A stretch of 59,988 nt of DNA, the filler included, from Globobulimina sp. (taxonomy: Eukaryota), in NCBI GenBank assembly GCA_003354225.1. It is 6 parts of 6 records of this genome, joined end to end, with 100 filler letters (N's around TTAATTAATTAA, not from the genome) between each part and the next. Parts side by side here need not be neighbours in the genome. Positions count along the whole stretch, not along the records: positions 50,212 to 59,988 come from PIVH01000035.1; 5 more parts are not named here. The stretch is one strand, 5' to 3'. Under the pieces are notes generated by a model that searched no databases, was not told where the DNA came from, and worked only from the letters and a program-made list of their open reading frames with translations. The position numbers and the translations under genes are program-made. Of this stretch, positions 56,065 through 59,988 are shown one piece after another (positions within the stretch are counted from its first letter, which is position 1; each line of letters opens with the position of its first letter).

Positions 56065-59000
56065 ATGAGGTCAGTTCAGTTTATAATCATCACTATACAA
56101 ATAATTATAAATATTTATTTTCAGATACAAAACCATACAAACAAATAAACAAAGACAAAGATTATGAAATAAAAATTAATAAGAAACAAATCTTTGATAT
56201 TTTATATCATAATGCTTGTTCTATGAACACAAAAATTGATATTATTCGCGATAATACAAATGAAATAAAACCTGATATAATGTGCTGTGTTGAAACTAAA
56301 TATAAAAATACATTAGACATACACAAAATTGATGGATATGAAGGATTTCATAAAATGCAGACGAATAACAAAACTGGAGGTATAAGTATTTGGACAAAAC
56401 CTGAAATAAAAGCAACAAGATTAGATATAGATGATAACGATGATGATATTGCAGCTAATTATCTATGGATTTTATGTCAAAATAGAAATATGACTGCAGT
56501 ATGCACAGTATATTTAAGAAACCAAAGTGACAAAAAAGCTAGAGACACTAATACAGTGATTTGTCAGCGATTAATCCAGCATACTAATTGGTGTAGAATA
56601 CAAAAATACAAAGTTATCATAATAGGTGACTTTAATGGACACATAGGAAATGATGAATGGGGTATACCCGGAAATCATGATAATATTAATAACAATGGAT
56701 TTATAGTTAGAAATTTCATTAATGATTCTAATTTAATATTAGCTAATAATGATGAACAAACGATAGGAAAATGGACATGGGGAAAAGACAAAAAGAATAC
56801 TCAACCACAAATATTAGATTTGGTATTAAGAACAGAGGATATTATAAATATTAAAATGGAAATTGATGAAAATAACACCATATATGGAAATGGCAATAAA
56901 GATCATTGCTTCATATATGGCCAATTTGAAAGTACAAGAAATGATAATACAAAAAAACAAATAATAAAGAAAAAATGGAAAATAAATGATGAAATAGATT
57001 GGTCACAATATCAAAACGAAATAAAAATAAAACTAGAAAATAGAAATAAAAATGAAGGTATTAATGAAAACGAAATTATACAAATAATTGAACAAACGGG
57101 GGAAAACACTATAGGATATAAAAATAATATAGGAAAAACAAAAAGAAAAGAATCAAAAAAAATAAAAATGATTAATGAACAAATTAAAATTATTAGAAAA
57201 AAATTACGACAGAAAAATATTTTTAAAGGGAATTTAATGAACGAATTATTTACAAAATTAAGAGAAAAAAAACAGATTAGAATGAGAGCTGAAATGGCGA
57301 GAATAGAGAAAGCACATAATAAATGGATAAACAATCCTAAACGAAAATTCCACCAATTATACGATTCAATGAAAACATTAAAACGAGGAGTTACCGAACA
57401 AGTAACACTAATTGATGATCAAAATCAACCAATAATTGGAGAGGAAAAAATAAAACAGCATATATCTGAATTTTGGGAAGATATTTTCACGCTTGGTATA
57501 TGGCCAGAAGCCAATGACAACATAAAAAGATTAGGATTGAGTGACACTATAAAAGGACCTGATAAACTGGAATTAGAAAATGAAATTACTACAAAGGAAA
57601 TGAATAATGCAATAAAGAAATTAAAAAATAATACTTCTGCAGGATCAACGAATTTACCACCAGAATTTATTAAAAACTGGCCTCCGGAAATGATAGAAAC
57701 TGTCAGAGTACTATTTAATAAATGGTATGACACTAGTTACTTCCCAGAAATTGGGAAAACACAAGAAGTAACTTTATTACATAAAAAAGGATCAAAAAGT
57801 AAAATAAAAAATTATAGAACTTTAAGTTTAGGATGTAATTTATGCAAATTATACCTTCACATTATCACAAAACGAATTGAAGTAGTTACAGAGAAGAAAA
57901 ATCTACTAGGATATATACAACATGGATTTAGAGCTAATAAAAGAATAGAAGATTGTATTATGGTAATACAACATACTATCGATAAAGCTAAAAAATTAAG
58001 ACAATCTGAATCTTCAATTATAGCACTACTAGACATATGTAAAGCATATGATAGAGTATGGCGTGAAGGATTATGGAAAAAACTTAAAGAATATGGATTC
58101 CCAGACAAATTAATTAATGCTATAAAAAGTAGCTACCAAAATCCAGGAGCAACTATTACATTCCAAAATATTACAACAAATAAATTACCTATGCCTGTTG
58201 GATTAAGACAAGGGTGTACAATGTCGCCAATACTCTGGAATTTATACATATCAGATTTAGGACGAGAAATTGAAAAATGTAACTTGGGAATCGATATTGG
58301 CAATGCACAAAACAAAAAGAATATTTCTGGACTATTCTTTGCAGACGATATGTTACTATTTGCTAAAAACGAAAAGAACATGAAACTTTTATTGAAGATA
58401 GTAAGCAATTATGCACAAAAATGGAAAATCGAATTTTCAGGTCCAAAGTCACTAATAATCCCTTTAAAAAGAAATATTGATAACGAATATAGATGGGCAC
58501 TGGGATACAAATTTTTAAAAGAAACTACAAAAACAGATATTTATATACAAGAAGAAAAAGAGGCTAAATACTTAGGTATTACCCTCAGTAAACACAAACG
58601 AGACATGACAACTCAGCACAAAGTAAGACTTAGAGAGACAACAATGAAACAAACGTATAAATGTTATAAACCAGCCATTTCAACAGCAAGACAAATAGTA
58701 TATGGATCTAAAATATGGAAAACATATGTAATAGCAAGAATTTTACATGGAATTGCAGCTATAATATTTTCCAACAAAACTTTTATTGGAATTGAAAAAC
58801 AACAACGACAATATATAAGAACAATATCTAGATTACCCAGACATACCAATCTCATGGTATTATATGGTGAAACGGATATAATACCCATGCAAATGGAAGC
58901 TGAAAAAAGAACTATTAACTATTTGGCACATTTACAAAAGTTGGATACTAATAACATAGTAAAAATAGCATTACTAGACCAAATGGAAATGTATGACAAC

Positions 59001-59600
59001 AATCCTTCAACAACTACATGGTTAAAACATGCGTATAATTGTTGTAGAAAATATAATATTAGCTACAATAATATACCAAGTAAAAGTAAGGTAAAAGAAT
59101 GTATACATAACAAATGGATAGAGGAATACCGAGACAAATTAGACCAATCTAATTCCTTAATACTGTACTTAAGTAAAACCACTCCTAAAATCAATTATAA
59201 ATTAAATTTGCATACAGGTGGTGACTTTTGGCTAAAAGCAAGAAGCGGTAGCATGATTATAAATGCAAATAGAAATGAATCATGTACTAGATGTGAATAT
59301 GACATATTAGAAAACATAAATCATATGATTTGGGAATGCGAAAATAACATAATGCTTGATAATTATGAAAATAATATACAAAAATTATGGATTCTACTCC
59401 CAGACGATATAAATGGACATCTTAAACCAGATTATAATAATTGTACAGATATGGACCGAAAGGCATATTTGTTTCTATGTTCTGAGTTTATATTTAGTGA
59501 CAATGCTAGTGGACAAATAATCAATATAGTGGGCACAATAATAAAAGACACATATAATATTCGACCAGAAACTATACAATATAAGTTACAAAGAAAATAA
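56055..59600 (+). CDS. Retrotransposon 3 ORF2: AP endonuclease, reverse transcriptase, CCHC finger (no RNase H)
   Basis: APE: YHNACS, VET, GDFNGH, ILDL, KDH. RT: NYRTLSL, QHGFR, LDICKAYD, GLRQGCTMSP, FADD, YLG. Zinc finger: CTRC...ENINHMIWEC. Confidence 0.95.
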   Translation, partial: GKLNEVSSVYNHHYTNNYKYLFSDTKPYKQINKDKDYEIKINKKQIFDILYHNACSMNTKIDIIRDNTNEIKPDIMCCVETKYKNTLDIHKIDGYEGFHKMQTNNKTGGISIWTKPEIKATRLDIDDNDDDIAANYLWILCQNRNMTAVCTVYLRNQSDKKARDTNTVICQRLIQHTNWCRIQKYKVIIIGDFNGHIGNDEWGIPGNHDNINNNGFIVRNFINDSNLILANNDEQTIGKWTWGKDKKNTQPQILDLVLRTEDIINIKMEIDENNTIYGNGNKDHCFIYGQFESTRNDNTKKQIIKKKWKINDEIDWSQYQNEIKIKLENRNKNEGINENEIIQIIEQTGENTIGYKNNIGKTKRKESKKIKMINEQIKIIRKKLRQKNIFKGNLMNELFTKLREKKQIRMRAEMARIEKAHNKWINNPKRKFHQLYDSMKTLKRGVTEQVTLIDDQNQPIIGEEKIKQHISEFWEDIFTLGIWPEANDNIKRLGLSDTIKGPDKLELENEITTKEMNNAIKKLKNNTSAGSTNLPPEFIKNWPPEMIETVRVLFNKWYDTSYFPEIGKTQEVTLLHKKGSKSKIKNYRTLSLGCNLCKLYLHIITKRIEVVTEKKNLLGYIQHGFRANKRIEDCIMVIQHTIDKAKKLRQSESSIIALLDICKAYDRVWREGLWKKLKEYGFPDKLINAIKSSYQNPGATITFQNITTNKLPMPVGLRQGCTMSPILWNLYISDLGREIEKCNLGIDIGNAQNKKNISGLFFADDMLLFAKNEKNMKLLLKIVSNYAQKWKIEFSGPKSLIIPLKRNIDNEYRWALGYKFLKETTKTDIYIQEEKEAKYLGITLSKHKRDMTTQHKVRLRETTMKQTYKCYKPAISTARQIVYGSKIWKTYVIARILHGIAAIIFSNKTFIGIEKQQRQYIRTISRLPRHTNLMVLYGETDIIPMQMEAEKRTINYLAHLQKLDTNNIVKIALLDQMEMYDNNPSTTTWLKHAYNCCRKYNISYNNIPSKSKVKECIHNKWIEEYRDKLDQSNSLILYLSKTTPKINYKLNLHTGGDFWLKARSGSMIINANRNESCTRCEYDILENINHMIWECENNIMLDNYENNIQKLWILLPDDINGHLKPDYNNCTDMDRKAYLFLCSEFIFSDNASGQIINIVGTIIKDTYNIRPETIQYKLQRK

Positions 59601-59813
59601 ATTTAAATACAAATAACATTTACTACAATCTAATGATTTGATCAAGAAAGATTCCATTGGACTCAAGCCAGATGCCTCCAAGATGACCAGAATCCGGAAT
59701 TCGAAGATGGCAAACTGGGAATCTAAAGAATCAAATCAAAAATAAATTAACATTTAATTAACATTTACTAATTCAATTGTGATTTTACTAACATTTATTT
59801 TGTGATACAAATT

Positions 59814-59898
59814 GTGATGATTAGGAAGCCTTGTTACTTATATTATAAGTCTGTGCTTTTACAAATAAATTGAACTGACCAAAAAAAATTGAACTGAC
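59814..59898 (+). promoter_or_regulatory. 3' UTR element complementary to the frameshift-proximal sequence 56069-56093
   Basis: GTGATGATTA (59814-59823) and ATAAATTGAACTGACC (59865-59880), plus a second copy AAATTGAACTGAC (59886-59898). Confidence 0.7.
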
Positions 59899-59988
59899 AT
59901 AAGGCAAGTAAAAGGTGTTTTGGGCTTTAAAATCTTGTTTTTAATGTTGTTCGTGAGCACACATATATTAGGGTTAGCAAAAAATGTG

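Larger units (their letters stand above)
50212..59988 (+). mobile_element. Non-LTR retrotransposon 3 (esterase-type ORF1; APE-RT-CCHC ORF2; RTEX/L2/CR1-like architecture); boundaries not resolved
   Basis: Intact overlapping ORFs and a strongly A-rich sense strand. No TSD or clear poly(A) is visible within the contig. Confidence 0.9.

Noticed and set aside
309-58888. Numerous short antisense or overlapping ORFs in the track
   Set aside because: They are shadows of the long coding frames with no recognisable motifs.
15298-59600. Prokaryotic RT systems (retron, DGR, group II intron, defence RT)
   Set aside because: All three RTs are fused to AP endonucleases and have LINE motifs in a eukaryotic, intron-containing genome.
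59968-59977. TTAGGGTTAG as a telomeric repeat
   Set aside because: Under two units long and followed by non-repeat sequence.

Overview
This window is not one locus. It is six unrelated ~10-kb contigs (1-10124, 10225-20259, 20360-30251, 30352-40230, 40331-50111, 50212-59988) joined by artificial 100-bp N44-TTAATTAATTAA-N44 linkers. The DNA is eukaryotic: AT-rich, standard code, short 50-75-nt GT-AG introns. It is probably a protist; the gene families suggest a foraminiferan/rhizarian (inference only). Host genes include WDR24, PCYT2, an F-box/LRR protein, ribokinase, vasohibin, a divergent MCAT, a SAM-TM-Cache receptor fragment, a sulfotransferase-like protein, an SLC45-like transporter and a TRP-like channel. 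Three non-LTR retrotransposons with intact ORFs and different architectures dominate. Element 1 (11306-19828) is complete, with a TSD and poly(A). It also has a perfect 24-bp terminal inverted repeat and interrupts a 7TM gustatory-receptor-like gene. Element 2 (30352 to ~38930) has an N-terminally extended ORF2, with RNase H placed after the zinc finger. Element 3 (50212-59988) has a giant esterase-bearing ORF1 that appears joined to an AUG-less ORF2 by a G_GGA_AAC -1 slippery site. The 25 nt starting 7 nt downstream of that site are complementary to the element's own 3' UTR 3.8 kb away. This candidate long-distance frameshift signal is the best novelty candidate. All RNA pairings were read by eye and not computed.
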